Positions 18,354 to 27,688 of a DNA stretch of 64,000 nucleotides are shown here, piece by piece. Numbering within the stretch: the first letter of the stretch is position 1; each line of letters begins with the position of its first letter. The notes under the pieces were generated by a model that saw only the letters and a list, made by a program, of their open reading frames with translations, was not told the DNA's origin and did no database searches. Origin of the DNA: Candidatus Stahliibacteriota bacterium (GTDB lineage Bacteria; Hydrothermota; Tepidihabitantia; SM23-42); the NCBI GenBank assembly GCA_030602565.1, contig JAUVZL010000004.1:12518-76517 (forward strand), written 5' to 3'. A program made the position numbers and the translations under genes.

Positions 18354-18788
18354 TTAGATATGTTTAACCATAAGACCGTTATCATCGATTTTCATTACTT
18401 CTTTTGCAACAATACTACGATGACATTTGTCAGGAAATCGTTCATAACACATAAGACAACAATTTTCACCTAAGACAATTTCATACAGTTCTTCAATAAT
18501 TTGTGCCTGAGATTTTATATATTTGTGATATTCTCTAAAAAAATAGTCATAATCACCATCAGATTTTAGCTTATCTCTTATAACCTTAGGACTTCCTAAA
18601 TCTCTAAAATGAATGTACTGAATACCGTTATTTTCTAAATACTGAGACAAATGTGTTTTTGAAAATCCTTTTTTTCTACTGATAGGAATCTCTCTGACAT
18701 CTATAAGGATTGATATGCCAAAGGTTTTGAGCTCGCAAATAAAGTCATCAAGATTCCTTTCTTGGTAACCTATTGTGTATAGCCTCAT
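18354..18788 (-). CDS. DUF488 family protein
   Basis: LYTIGY, LIDVREIPISRKKGFSK, LGSP, LMCYE..CHRS; ATG at 18788 has a GGAGG RBS. Confidence 0.9.
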   Translation of the reverse strand: MRLYTIGYQERNLDDFICELKTFGISILIDVREIPISRKKGFSKTHLSQYLENNGIQYIHFRDLGSPKVIRDKLKSDGDYDYFFREYHKYIKSQAQIIEELYEIVLGENCCLMCYERFPDKCHRSIVAKEVMKIDDNGLMVKHI

Positions 18789-19023
18789 TGGTTTCCTCCA
18801 TAACACCACTTTGCATGACAAAGAGGTATTATCCGTATCGTAATATATCATATATATTACGATTTGTCAAGCAGAATTTATTAATTTACACTCAAAAATT
18901 TCCCCTCTGCTCCCTTACCCAGACGAGAGGCGTTGAAAGGAATCTTTTAATAAAAAAATTCAATCCAAGCGGTCGCAATTCATTAATAAAAGAAAAATAA
19001 AATAAGGAAGTCGCTAAGGCTCG

Positions 19024-19086
19024 CCCCGTTAGAAGTAAGCCTAAATATCATAGATAATTATTGCGATTTTAAATTTTCTAACGGGG
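19024..19086. mobile_element. 63-bp MITE-like element with 11-bp terminal inverted repeats and a 4-bp target duplication
   Basis: CTCG[CCCCGTTAGAA...TTCTAACGGGG]CTCG. Confidence 0.7.
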
Positions 19087-19302
19087 CTCGTCCACGCTCT
19101 TGCCTCTGCAAAAGCAAGTCAAATCAGAGGTTTTTTTCCTTTGTCATTTGAAAAACTAATTTTGAAGCTGTTACCCCAAAAAGAAAAAATGGATTTCGTA
19201 ATGCAACCAGGTTTGTTTTCTTCGGTTTCTTTCCCTTGATTTAGTGATAATAGTAGGTATAATAATCATAATGATAATAGGCAAAGTAAGGTCAAAAGAG
19301 AT

Positions 19303-19605
19303 ATGAAAAAGCTACCAAAGTTTTTAAAGAAGTATTTTTGGGATGTAGAATTCAAAGAGATAGATCTACGAAAACGTAGAGTGTATGTTTTAAAGCGCAT
19401 TTTAGAATATGGCGACGAACAGGCCGTTGCGTGGATGCGGAAGAATTTCAAGAAGCCGGAAATAAGGAATCTTCTGACTAATTATCGAGGGTGCTCTCTA
19501 AAAAGCGCTAATTTCTGGGCATTTTTATTAGATATCCCGAAAGAGGAGGTGCTATGTATGAAAAAACCCTCATCAAAGGCACAAAAGAGAATCTGGCCCT
19601 ATTAG
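19303..19605 (+). CDS. DUF6922-like protein (putative antitoxin partner of a nucleotidyltransferase)
   Basis: KYFWDV..D....YVLKRILEYGD..AVAW pattern; own TTGATT-N16-TATAAT promoter. Confidence 0.7.
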   Translation: MKKLPKFLKKYFWDVEFKEIDLRKRRVYVLKRILEYGDEQAVAWMRKNFKKPEIRNLLTNYRGCSLKSANFWAFLLDIPKEEVLCMKKPSSKAQKRIWPY

Positions 19606-19655
19606 GACGTTCAGGTATTCAAAGAAGTTGTTTTAAGCAATATATGCCAAGTTGA
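19554..19655 (+). pseudogene. Truncated 5' stub of an AbiEii-like nucleotidyltransferase
   Basis: AGGAGGT RBS, then MYEKTLIKGTKENLALLGRSGI, stopping after 33 aa before any GGTA motif; position overlapping the DUF6922-like gene fits the usual pairing. Confidence 0.5.
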
Positions 19656-19667
19656 CGTTTTTATCCC

Positions 19668-19695
19668 TTGACACCTTGAAAATAATCATTATAAT
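19668..19695 (+). promoter_or_regulatory. Promoter of the C25 gene pair
   Basis: Perfect TTGACA-N16-TATAAT, 8 nt before the ATG. Confidence 0.8.
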
Positions 19696-19703
19696 TAAAA
19701 CAT

Positions 19704-22700
19704 ATGAGGAGGTATTTTTCTATTATTAGAATAAGACTTAAGTATCTGGTGCTTTTGGCGATTTTGAGTTCAGTAGTCTATGGACAAACCGGTGCCCGTT
19801 ATCTAGTCATTACCCCGGATTATTTTTATAATACTTTACAGCCTCTGGTTGAATGGAAATACAAAAAAGGTATGAAGCCGGCAGTGTATACGACAAGCCA
19901 GATTGGCGGCAGTGACACGGCAACGGTCAGGAATTTTATCCTCAATTGCTATGACACATGGGATATCAAACCAGAGTTTGTTGTGCTGGTTGGCCATCCT
20001 GGGTTTATACCCATGCGTTATTATCCTTATGGTGGATACAGTTATTACACTGATAACTATTACGGCAATATGAACGGTGATCTTTACAATGAAATTTTGC
20101 CGGGTAGGCTTTCAGTTCAAGATACTACGCAATTGAAGACCGTTATCAATAAAGTCCTTGCTTATGAACGTCACCCATTTACAAGCGATTCATTGTGGTT
20201 CAAAAAAGGGTGTGCAATAGCAAATTGCGATGGCTCGGACGATTCAATATATCTTTATTGCATGAGGTATGCGGAAAGTCTTGCCGTTAATAATGGCTTT
20301 ACGTTAGTCGATACATTGTGTGACTACTACGAGCATAACTACAACCATATAGTAAACGCGATAAATGATGGTCGAATGTTTGTGCAGTACCGCGGTAATG
20401 GGAGCGTTCATTGGTATGATCCTTTTGATATCAACCCTTATTCATTGGCTAACGGCAATAAGTTGCCAATCATTATTTCTACTACGTGCCAGACCGTTTC
20501 GTCAAACTCAGGTCCTATTCTTGGCGAGAATTTTCTAAGGGTTGGCACGCCGACGAATTTGCGAGGTGCCGTCGCATTTTATGGGGGTACGCGCAATACA
20601 AGTAATGCTGCCCATTTGAGAAATGCGGTTGCGATCGGTTTTCTCGATGCGATTTTTATCGATCAGAAACGCACCTTTGGCGAAGCTGGCGAAGGAGGGA
20701 GAAAAAGAGTTTATCAGCAATGGGGTGATCTTCGCGAATACAATAATTTCACCTGCCTCGGTGATCCTGAACTTAACTTGTGGACTGATACACCTTGTTC
20801 ACTTGACGTTAAGCACCCTGAATTTGCGCCTTTTGCAGCATCCAATTTTGTGGTCACAGTTAAGAATGCCAATGACCAAACACCGATCAGCAGTGCATTT
20901 GTCTGTGTTGCTGGGAAACTAGATACCACTGTCTATATCCTCGAAACAACTGATACTAATGGTGAAGCATATTTCAGCGTTGATCCGCAAATCCTCAACG
21001 ATACACTTTATGTGACAGTGACCGGCAGAAACCTTCTGCCTTATGAAGGGGCAATGCAAGTAAGAAGCTTCGACTATTGTTACATCGTCTATTTGAGCTC
21101 ATTTGTTGACGATTCAGTAGGTGGTAATAACGATGGCAGGATTAACCCCACTGAGGATATTGAACTACCGCTCTGGATTAATAATCTAAGCGAGAGCACC
21201 GGGGTAGCGATTATTGGAAAGCTGGCTTCAAACGACAGCTATATTACACTGACCGATACTTTAAAAGATTTTGGTGATATCACAGGCAATGACTCTGCGT
21301 ATACTGGTCCAGACGGCTATAATTTTATGGTAGCTCATTCATGCCCGGATGGACATCAAATAGATTTTGAATTGATATGTACAGATATCAATGATACAAC
21401 ATGGCTATCGACATTTTCAAAGACTGTCCGCTCTCCTGCTTTCAAGCTCAAAGGGATTACCCTTATTGGCGGCAATGGTAATAATATGCTGGATCCTGCA
21501 GAAACTTTGTCAGTAGTTGTCGCGCTTGAAAACCATGGTGCTGCTCCAGCCGACAGTGTAAGCGCTATCCTGCGTAGTGAAGCGTCTGAAGTTTCTATAA
21601 TCGACAGTATCGGTACCTTTGGTCATATCGGTGCGGATAGTCTTGAGGATAATGACCAGGATCCTTTTGTCGTAATCACTGATTCCAGTGCGCCAACAGG
21701 CACTGTTGTTAGCTTTAAGTTGCTCGTTTACTCCAATTACATGAATGATACGATGCGCTTTGATTTGGTTATTGGACAGAAAAACTATTATCTCTGGAAC
21801 CCTGATCCATTACCATCATCTGGCGAAAATATCCACGCTATTCTGAGTAGTACCGGCTATAGTGGTGACTATGGAACTAACCTGCCTTCAGATTTGAATA
21901 ACTATCAGACATTACTCGCTTGTCTGGGTGTTTATTCAATTCGCTATGTGATAACGCAAGGGAGTACTGAGGCGGTGGCAATTACTGATTATCTGAACAA
22001 TGGCGGCAGGGTTTATCTGGAGGGCAGTTCCGCATGGTTTCTTGACCCGCAGTATCACAATGGACATAATTTTAAACCACTCTTTGGTATCAATGCCATA
22101 ACCTGGAGCGATGGCGATATGGGACCGGTCGTCGGTCAAACCAGCACATTTACCAATAGTATGTATTTTGATTATGAAGGTGAGAATAGATATATGGACC
22201 ACACTGATCCAACTGGTACCGGCTTTCTGATATTTAGAGATAACAATAATTATTACAACTGCGGTGTGGCTAATGATCCTGGTTCATACCGGACTGTGGG
22301 CGTTTCTTTTGAACTGGGTGGACTTGTTGACGGGTCGCCGCCTTCAACGCGAGGTGCATTGCTTGATTCGATAATGAGCTTCTTTGGGGTACCACCACCG
22401 GGTGTGATTGAAAATTCTCCAGCGCGATTGAACATCGCTTATCTTAACATCTCACCGAATCCGTTTGCAAAACTAACAGAAATTAGGTTCGGCACAGAGC
22501 ATGGGGCAAAGGGCATAGAGTTTTTGGGAATCTACGATATTTTAGGACGGGTGATTCGTATTTTCCCTACCAGTCAGTGTAATCTGAATGAATCTGTGAA
22601 TTCTGTGTTGTGGGATGGTACAGACGAATATGCTCGTCCAATGCCGTCAGGTATATATTTTATTAAATTAAATACAGACAAAGCTCAACATATTAGAAAA

Positions 22701-22718
22701 ATCATTTTGATAAGATAG
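19704..22718 (+). CDS. Peptidase C25 (gingipain-family) protein with Ig-like domains and C-terminal sorting domain
   Basis: YLVITP..LQPLVEWK.KKG, TDNYYG, GRLSV, LGDPEL; C-terminal SPNPF..IYDILGR..WDG..SGIYF..KIILIR. Confidence 0.9.
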   Translation: MRRYFSIIRIRLKYLVLLAILSSVVYGQTGARYLVITPDYFYNTLQPLVEWKYKKGMKPAVYTTSQIGGSDTATVRNFILNCYDTWDIKPEFVVLVGHPGFIPMRYYPYGGYSYYTDNYYGNMNGDLYNEILPGRLSVQDTTQLKTVINKVLAYERHPFTSDSLWFKKGCAIANCDGSDDSIYLYCMRYAESLAVNNGFTLVDTLCDYYEHNYNHIVNAINDGRMFVQYRGNGSVHWYDPFDINPYSLANGNKLPIIISTTCQTVSSNSGPILGENFLRVGTPTNLRGAVAFYGGTRNTSNAAHLRNAVAIGFLDAIFIDQKRTFGEAGEGGRKRVYQQWGDLREYNNFTCLGDPELNLWTDTPCSLDVKHPEFAPFAASNFVVTVKNANDQTPISSAFVCVAGKLDTTVYILETTDTNGEAYFSVDPQILNDTLYVTVTGRNLLPYEGAMQVRSFDYCYIVYLSSFVDDSVGGNNDGRINPTEDIELPLWINNLSESTGVAIIGKLASNDSYITLTDTLKDFGDITGNDSAYTGPDGYNFMVAHSCPDGHQIDFELICTDINDTTWLSTFSKTVRSPAFKLKGITLIGGNGNNMLDPAETLSVVVALENHGAAPADSVSAILRSEASEVSIIDSIGTFGHIGADSLEDNDQDPFVVITDSSAPTGTVVSFKLLVYSNYMNDTMRFDLVIGQKNYYLWNPDPLPSSGENIHAILSSTGYSGDYGTNLPSDLNNYQTLLACLGVYSIRYVITQGSTEAVAITDYLNNGGRVYLEGSSAWFLDPQYHNGHNFKPLFGINAITWSDGDMGPVVGQTSTFTNSMYFDYEGENRYMDHTDPTGTGFLIFRDNNNYYNCGVANDPGSYRTVGVSFELGGLVDGSPPSTRGALLDSIMSFFGVPPPGVIENSPARLNIAYLNISPNPFAKLTEIRFGTEHGAKGIEFLGIYDILGRVIRIFPTSQCNLNESVNSVLWDGTDEYARPMPSGIYFIKLNTDKAQHIRKIILIR

Positions 22719-22726
22719 GGGGTGAG

Positions 22727-25700
22727 ATGAGGAAATATTTATTAGCGTTTTCTCTTCCTTTATTCATATTTAGTCAATCATTTGCCAAGAAACCCGAATA
22801 TATTGATCCATATGATCGATCAATGACTTCATATGCAGAGTGGTCAGCAAAAATAGTGCGAGAACCATTTACGATTGGTCGTGTTTATCAAACCGCGCGC
22901 GAGAACTACCAAAATGAATTGGTTGACATCGTGGTGTATGCGCCAATCTATGATGGCATACTTGATTCGCTAAGCGTGTACATCAGTGATCTTGAATCAG
23001 AAGGCTATACAATCCAGGTTGATACGGTAAGGGGTTGGAATGCGGAAGATCTTAGGGATCACTTTATTGCGCTCCTGCCCAGTGAACTCGTGGGTGCAGT
23101 ACTGATAGGCAATGTTCCATTTGCTTGGTATGAGATGGAAGGCGGCGAGGGGCGTGAGGAGTTTCCCATTGATTTATATCTTATGGATCTTGATGGTACC
23201 TGGATAGATAATGATGCAGATGGCCTGTTTGATAACCATACTGGGAATAAAGAACCAGAAATCTGGGTGGGCAGGATCTTTGCTTCATCTATAACCTGGG
23301 GTAATGAGATCTACCTTGTTAACAATTACTTCTCTAAGGTGCACAAGTACCGCACCGGCGGTTATAATATCTCTCAGAAAGCTCTTGCTTATGTGGATGA
23401 CGATTGGTATGGATACAATGATTGTTCGCTCGGTGATCTTTATGATACTGTAGACGTTGTCAGGAATTACAATACGACAACCGCAACTGATTTTAGAACA
23501 AGGTTCACTGATGCCTATGAATGGGTGCAGATATGCAGTCACTCTTCGCCCTGGGGTAATACATTCAAATATACAGGTGGTTATGCCGGGACGGTATTCA
23601 ATTTTGAACTCTGGTTTGAAAATCCACCGTGGTTGTTCCTAAACCTTTTCCAATGCAGTGGCACACGCTTTTTTGAAGAAAATTATTGTGGTGGAATCTA
23701 TATCTTTGGTCAGGACAATGGTCTTTTTGCCGTAGGGTCAGCAAAGGTTGGCAGCATGCTTTATTTCTCTGATTTTTATGGACCTTTGAATACCGGGATT
23801 TCCACGGGCGAAGCATTTAAATACTGGTTTGCCCTCCATGGTATTGATGACCCTTCATGGTTTTATGGCATGTGTATTTGTGGCGACCCGCTACTTAAGC
23901 CCAAACAATTAAGTAATATGTATGCCAGGCATGGGCGTCGCACTATCACCATTGATCCAAGGTTCAACTGGTCAGACCCTGAACCAGTTGATCTGGATAT
24001 AGAAACTGATGGTTATGTCGCAGCAACGACTGATGGTGCTGGTCGCATATGGGCAGCTTGGGTAACTGGTCGGTCGGTTTCGAATGGTCGTACGGAGATT
24101 TGCGTGTCGTATAATCAGAATAACGTCTGGAGTTCACCCGAGATTATTGATCCGTACATCTACTGGGATTTTTTTCCAGCCCTCACCTGTGATACTTCGG
24201 GTCAGGCAGTGCTTTCTTGGTCAAGGTGCTATGGCAGAAATTATGATATTTATCTAACTTCTTATGACGGCGCTAACTGGGCGGTTCCGTACCGGGTGAG
24301 CAGCCGGGCCACAGATGCCCTGCATCCTGCTATGACCGTTGATGGTGGGGCTCGACTCTGGGTTACCATGGAGCGTTGGAACCATCTGAACGGTGATATC
24401 TACTGCCGATACCATGACGGATCCACCTGGCAGTCGATGTTTGCGGTCACTATAGATGGAGCGAACGATTACAAGCCGAGTATGGCGACTGATAGCAACG
24501 GTGTTGCCTGGACTGCGTGGGCAAGTGAGCGTTACGAGGATAATAGAAACATTTATGTTAAGAATTACAATGCCGGTACTGGGCACTGGGAAAATCTACG
24601 GAGGATTACAAGCAACCCTGGTCAGGACCAGGATGTAAAGGTTGCGGTTGATGGTAATGGCGATGTATGGGTTGTTTGGACGACGTGGCGTCACGGGAAC
24701 TCTGACATTTACCAGAGTTCTTACAACGGTTCAACCTGGTCAAATCCACAAGCGGTCACGACTGATTCGAGTCGGGACGAGCACTGTGCCTTAGCGATTG
24801 ACCAGGATGGTTATCTCTGGTGTATTTGGCAATCAGACCGAAGCGGTGATTGGGAAATTCTTGCACGCTTTTACAGAGATGGACAATGGCACGACATTTC
24901 GAACATCAGTAACAACAGCTATTTCGATATTCTACCTGGGACCACGCTCGATGATTCAGGCAATATCTGGGTGCTTTTCCAGACCAACCGCAACGGCAAC
25001 TGGGACATCTATGCAAGTAAACTCTTCTCTGATTTGATAGAACCCCAGGTTGTAGTCATAGCACCAAATGGTGGTGAGGTTTTCTATACCGGTGAGATCG
25101 ATACCATTCGCTGGATGGCAATTGATAACATCGGTGTGGATTCTGTTTCTCTGGAGTTCTCAAGTAATGATGGAAGTTCCTGGCAATTCGTCGATAATCC
25201 AGGACCTCAGGATTCAGTATATGAATGGACAATACCTCCAGTACACTCGACTGAATGTCTGGTCAGGGTGCGGGCTTTTGACGCCGGCCTTAATATGGGT
25301 GAAGACGTGTCTGATTCCTTGTTTTCGATACTCGATAATATCGCTCCGCAGATCTCAGTATTGGTTCCAAACGGCGGTGAGATATGGTATTGGAACGAGG
25401 TTCATACGATTGAGTGGAATTCACAGGACAATGTCGGTATTGAGAGTCTTGATGTACACCTTTCACTTGATGGTGGTATGACGTATTCTTTGCTGCTCGT
25501 CCACATCACGGGCAATGATTCTCTATATGACTGGGCGATTCCCGAAACGACTTCCTTTGATTGTCTCATACGGGTAACGGGATATGATATTGGGGGCAAT
25601 ATGGACTTCGATGTCAGCGACAGTCTATTCACGATCGGTGAGCTTGGGATTGAAGAACTTTTGGGTATGCCCCAGGCGTTTGCCTTTAGTATACGGTCAT

Positions 25701-25936
25701 CAAATCCCTTTATCCATGCACTCAATATGAGGTTGCAGATCCCGCACAAAATGCCAGTAGAGATTACCGTCTATGATGTTAGGGGACGCGTTGTTGAAAA
25801 CATAGTGGATACTGAAATGGAGCAAGGTTACTACACGCTGTCTTGGAACAATTCTAATATCGCAGCAGGTGTATATTTCCTGCGGGTGAAAACAAAAGAT
25901 ATCAAAAAAACCGAGAAAGTTGTAAAACTAAAATAG
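22727..25936 (+). CDS. C25-like protease + propeller repeats + Ig-like repeats + C-terminal sorting domain
   Basis: LIGNVP, DLYLMDLDG, PEIWVGR, CSHS, FQCS, GDPLL; repeated D..G..W..W motifs; two PNGGE repeats; C-terminal AGVYFL..KVVKLK. Confidence 0.85.
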   Translation: MRKYLLAFSLPLFIFSQSFAKKPEYIDPYDRSMTSYAEWSAKIVREPFTIGRVYQTARENYQNELVDIVVYAPIYDGILDSLSVYISDLESEGYTIQVDTVRGWNAEDLRDHFIALLPSELVGAVLIGNVPFAWYEMEGGEGREEFPIDLYLMDLDGTWIDNDADGLFDNHTGNKEPEIWVGRIFASSITWGNEIYLVNNYFSKVHKYRTGGYNISQKALAYVDDDWYGYNDCSLGDLYDTVDVVRNYNTTTATDFRTRFTDAYEWVQICSHSSPWGNTFKYTGGYAGTVFNFELWFENPPWLFLNLFQCSGTRFFEENYCGGIYIFGQDNGLFAVGSAKVGSMLYFSDFYGPLNTGISTGEAFKYWFALHGIDDPSWFYGMCICGDPLLKPKQLSNMYARHGRRTITIDPRFNWSDPEPVDLDIETDGYVAATTDGAGRIWAAWVTGRSVSNGRTEICVSYNQNNVWSSPEIIDPYIYWDFFPALTCDTSGQAVLSWSRCYGRNYDIYLTSYDGANWAVPYRVSSRATDALHPAMTVDGGARLWVTMERWNHLNGDIYCRYHDGSTWQSMFAVTIDGANDYKPSMATDSNGVAWTAWASERYEDNRNIYVKNYNAGTGHWENLRRITSNPGQDQDVKVAVDGNGDVWVVWTTWRHGNSDIYQSSYNGSTWSNPQAVTTDSSRDEHCALAIDQDGYLWCIWQSDRSGDWEILARFYRDGQWHDISNISNNSYFDILPGTTLDDSGNIWVLFQTNRNGNWDIYASKLFSDLIEPQVVVIAPNGGEVFYTGEIDTIRWMAIDNIGVDSVSLEFSSNDGSSWQFVDNPGPQDSVYEWTIPPVHSTECLVRVRAFDAGLNMGEDVSDSLFSILDNIAPQISVLVPNGGEIWYWNEVHTIEWNSQDNVGIESLDVHLSLDGGMTYSLLLVHITGNDSLYDWAIPETTSFDCLIRVTGYDIGGNMDFDVSDSLFTIGELGIEELLGMPQAFAFSIRSSNPFIHALNMRLQIPHKMPVEITVYDVRGRVVENIVDTEMEQGYYTLSWNNSNIAAGVYFLRVKTKDIKKTEKVVKLK

Positions 25937-25964
25937 GCTAGAGTCAAATACTCACGCATTACTC

Positions 25965-26000
25965 ACTCCGTCACTCTGGTAATTACCAGAGTGACGGAGT
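25965..26000. terminator. Perfect 36-bp palindrome, probable bidirectional terminator
   Basis: ACTCCGTCACTCTGGTAA|TTACCAGAGTGACGGAGT between convergent genes; T-run on the + side. Confidence 0.75.
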
Positions 26001-26009
26001 ATCCTTTTT

Positions 26010-27302
26010 TTAGATACGTTGGGATAATAGATTTTTTATTTTGCGGTATAGTCTCGGTTTTGACTGAGGAAAGTGCCATGTATAGAAGAGGTTATTGTGA
26101 TATAAAGGGTCAGTCTTTTCATCAAAGCCGGTTTTTTCATATTCCTTGGTATGGGGAATGGGTGAGAATTCGCACAGATGTGCATGCACTTTCAGTTTAT
26201 GGCATAGCTTTATCGAATCGATTATCTCTTCATGTTCCTGACCAGGCATGCCAAACAATATGTAGGTATGTATTGTATCTGCAGAAAAGCCGGCTTGTTT
26301 CAGAACCTTGACTGCGTTAATGAATTCATCAGTGTTCACCTTACCACCGGTGCGTTTTTGAACCTCTGGATTGGTCGTTTCCAGGCTCAAATACATGGTT
26401 TTAAAATTCACCTTATACATTAAATGGGCTATCTCTTCAGTTATATACCGACAGTGTAAGCCATTAGAAGCGTGAAAGTTCAACTTGTAATTGTGCTGTA
26501 CGATTTTTTGCAGAAGGCTGGGAAATTTCTTGTTATAGAGCAATGCATCGTCAAAAAAGGCGATGTTTTTTGTCTTTTGTGCAAATCGGTCTAATTGCTT
26601 GATGACTACGTCATTAGCAAAAATGCTGAAGTTCGGGCACAATACCTTTATTGCGCAGTACGTGCAATTGAACGGGCAACCCCGTGAGGTTAGGATAATC
26701 CCATAATGGAGTTTATCATACAAAGAAAAATCAGGTGTAGTCCGAGCGGCGTTCAACTCAGTAGTTGCAGGATACCCTAAGTCAGCGAGTAGATTGATAA
26801 AATGTTCTTCTGAAGGTCCGGTAAAAACGATGTCCGCACCAGAATATTTTTTCGCATGCTTTTCACAGATCGTAGCGTAGATACCGCCGAGGATGATCTT
26901 GGTTTTTGGGAATTCTGCTCTCAGTATCTTAATCACCTCGAATACACCGAGATACCAGTAGGTCATGCTCGAGGTTATGAATATTATATCGGGCTTGGGC
27001 ATTTTTTTTATTACTTGGATAAAACAATCCCTTGGTATGCCGTATCGTTTATAGCGTCGCGGCACCATTTTAAATATTTCGGGTTTCTCGACAACTTCAT
27101 GGTGATATTTACCTCGACCAAATATATCGGTTTTGGTTTTGGTCTTGTAGTGCGGGTTCAAACGATCCATGCAATCAATAAAATCGATTTCAAACCTTAG
27201 TTCTTTCATAATATTTGCGACGGTCAATAAACCAACCGGTTTGTTCCAGAAATCGAACGCCTTGAAATCATACACCCAGGGGTTGACGAGAAGCGCACGC
27301 AT
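26010..27302 (-). CDS. B12-binding-domain radical SAM protein
   Basis: LLVNPW, LGGIYAT, TSRGCPFNCTYC (CxxxCxxC), FFDDALL. Confidence 0.9.
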   Translation of the reverse strand: MRALLVNPWVYDFKAFDFWNKPVGLLTVANIMKELRFEIDFIDCMDRLNPHYKTKTKTDIFGRGKYHHEVVEKPEIFKMVPRRYKRYGIPRDCFIQVIKKMPKPDIIFITSSMTYWYLGVFEVIKILRAEFPKTKIILGGIYATICEKHAKKYSGADIVFTGPSEEHFINLLADLGYPATTELNAARTTPDFSLYDKLHYGIILTSRGCPFNCTYCAIKVLCPNFSIFANDVVIKQLDRFAQKTKNIAFFDDALLYNKKFPSLLQKIVQHNYKLNFHASNGLHCRYITEEIAHLMYKVNFKTMYLSLETTNPEVQKRTGGKVNTDEFINAVKVLKQAGFSADTIHTYILFGMPGQEHEEIIDSIKLCHKLKVHAHLCEFSPIPHTKEYEKTGFDEKTDPLYHNNLFYTWHFPQSKPRLYRKIKNLLSQRI

Positions 27303-27466
27303 GGGCTTATTGTAGCTATTTGGAATGAAATATCAAGGCTGCAATTTTTTCATAGGTGATGCCAATTTGTTATGTTCATGCCTGCAAAAAATGGGCGTAA
27401 AACAAGTTTTTTCCAACCTTGACATGACTGTGGAAATGATTATGATTTACATTAAATGGAGTGTAA

Positions 27467-27688
27467 GTGAGCACAAAAATATATCGATTCAAGTCTGTTG
27501 AAGAAGCAGATAGGTTTGAGTGGATACAAAGAATTAAGCAAGGTTTGCCCTATTGGGAATTTGATCGATTTGAGTATGCCAGACTTTGTATTGCCTTTGA
27601 ACCAGGAATTTATAAGTTTAGAACTTTCAAAGAAAAGGAAGATTGGGAGTTTACCCAGGTCTGTGAAAATTGGAAACAGCAAAATTAG
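27467..27688 (+). CDS. Small hypothetical protein, putative antitoxin-like partner
   Basis: GTG start with GGAG RBS and own promoter; internal repeat IYRFKSVEE / IYKFRTFKE; overlaps the next gene. Confidence 0.6.
   Translation: MSTKIYRFKSVEEADRFEWIQRIKQGLPYWEFDRFEYARLCIAFEPGIYKFRTFKEKEDWEFTQVCENWKQQN

Noticed and set aside
18870-19230. Possible ncRNA or riboswitch in the long intergenic region
   Set aside because: Apart from the MITE and a weak CCTCTG/CAGAGG-T7 hairpin, I could not recognise a known structure; a covariance search would be needed.
16829-19300. attL/attR duplication of the tRNA 3' end
   Set aside because: Only a short TCGAATCC match near 16875 was seen; no convincing direct repeat bounds the island.
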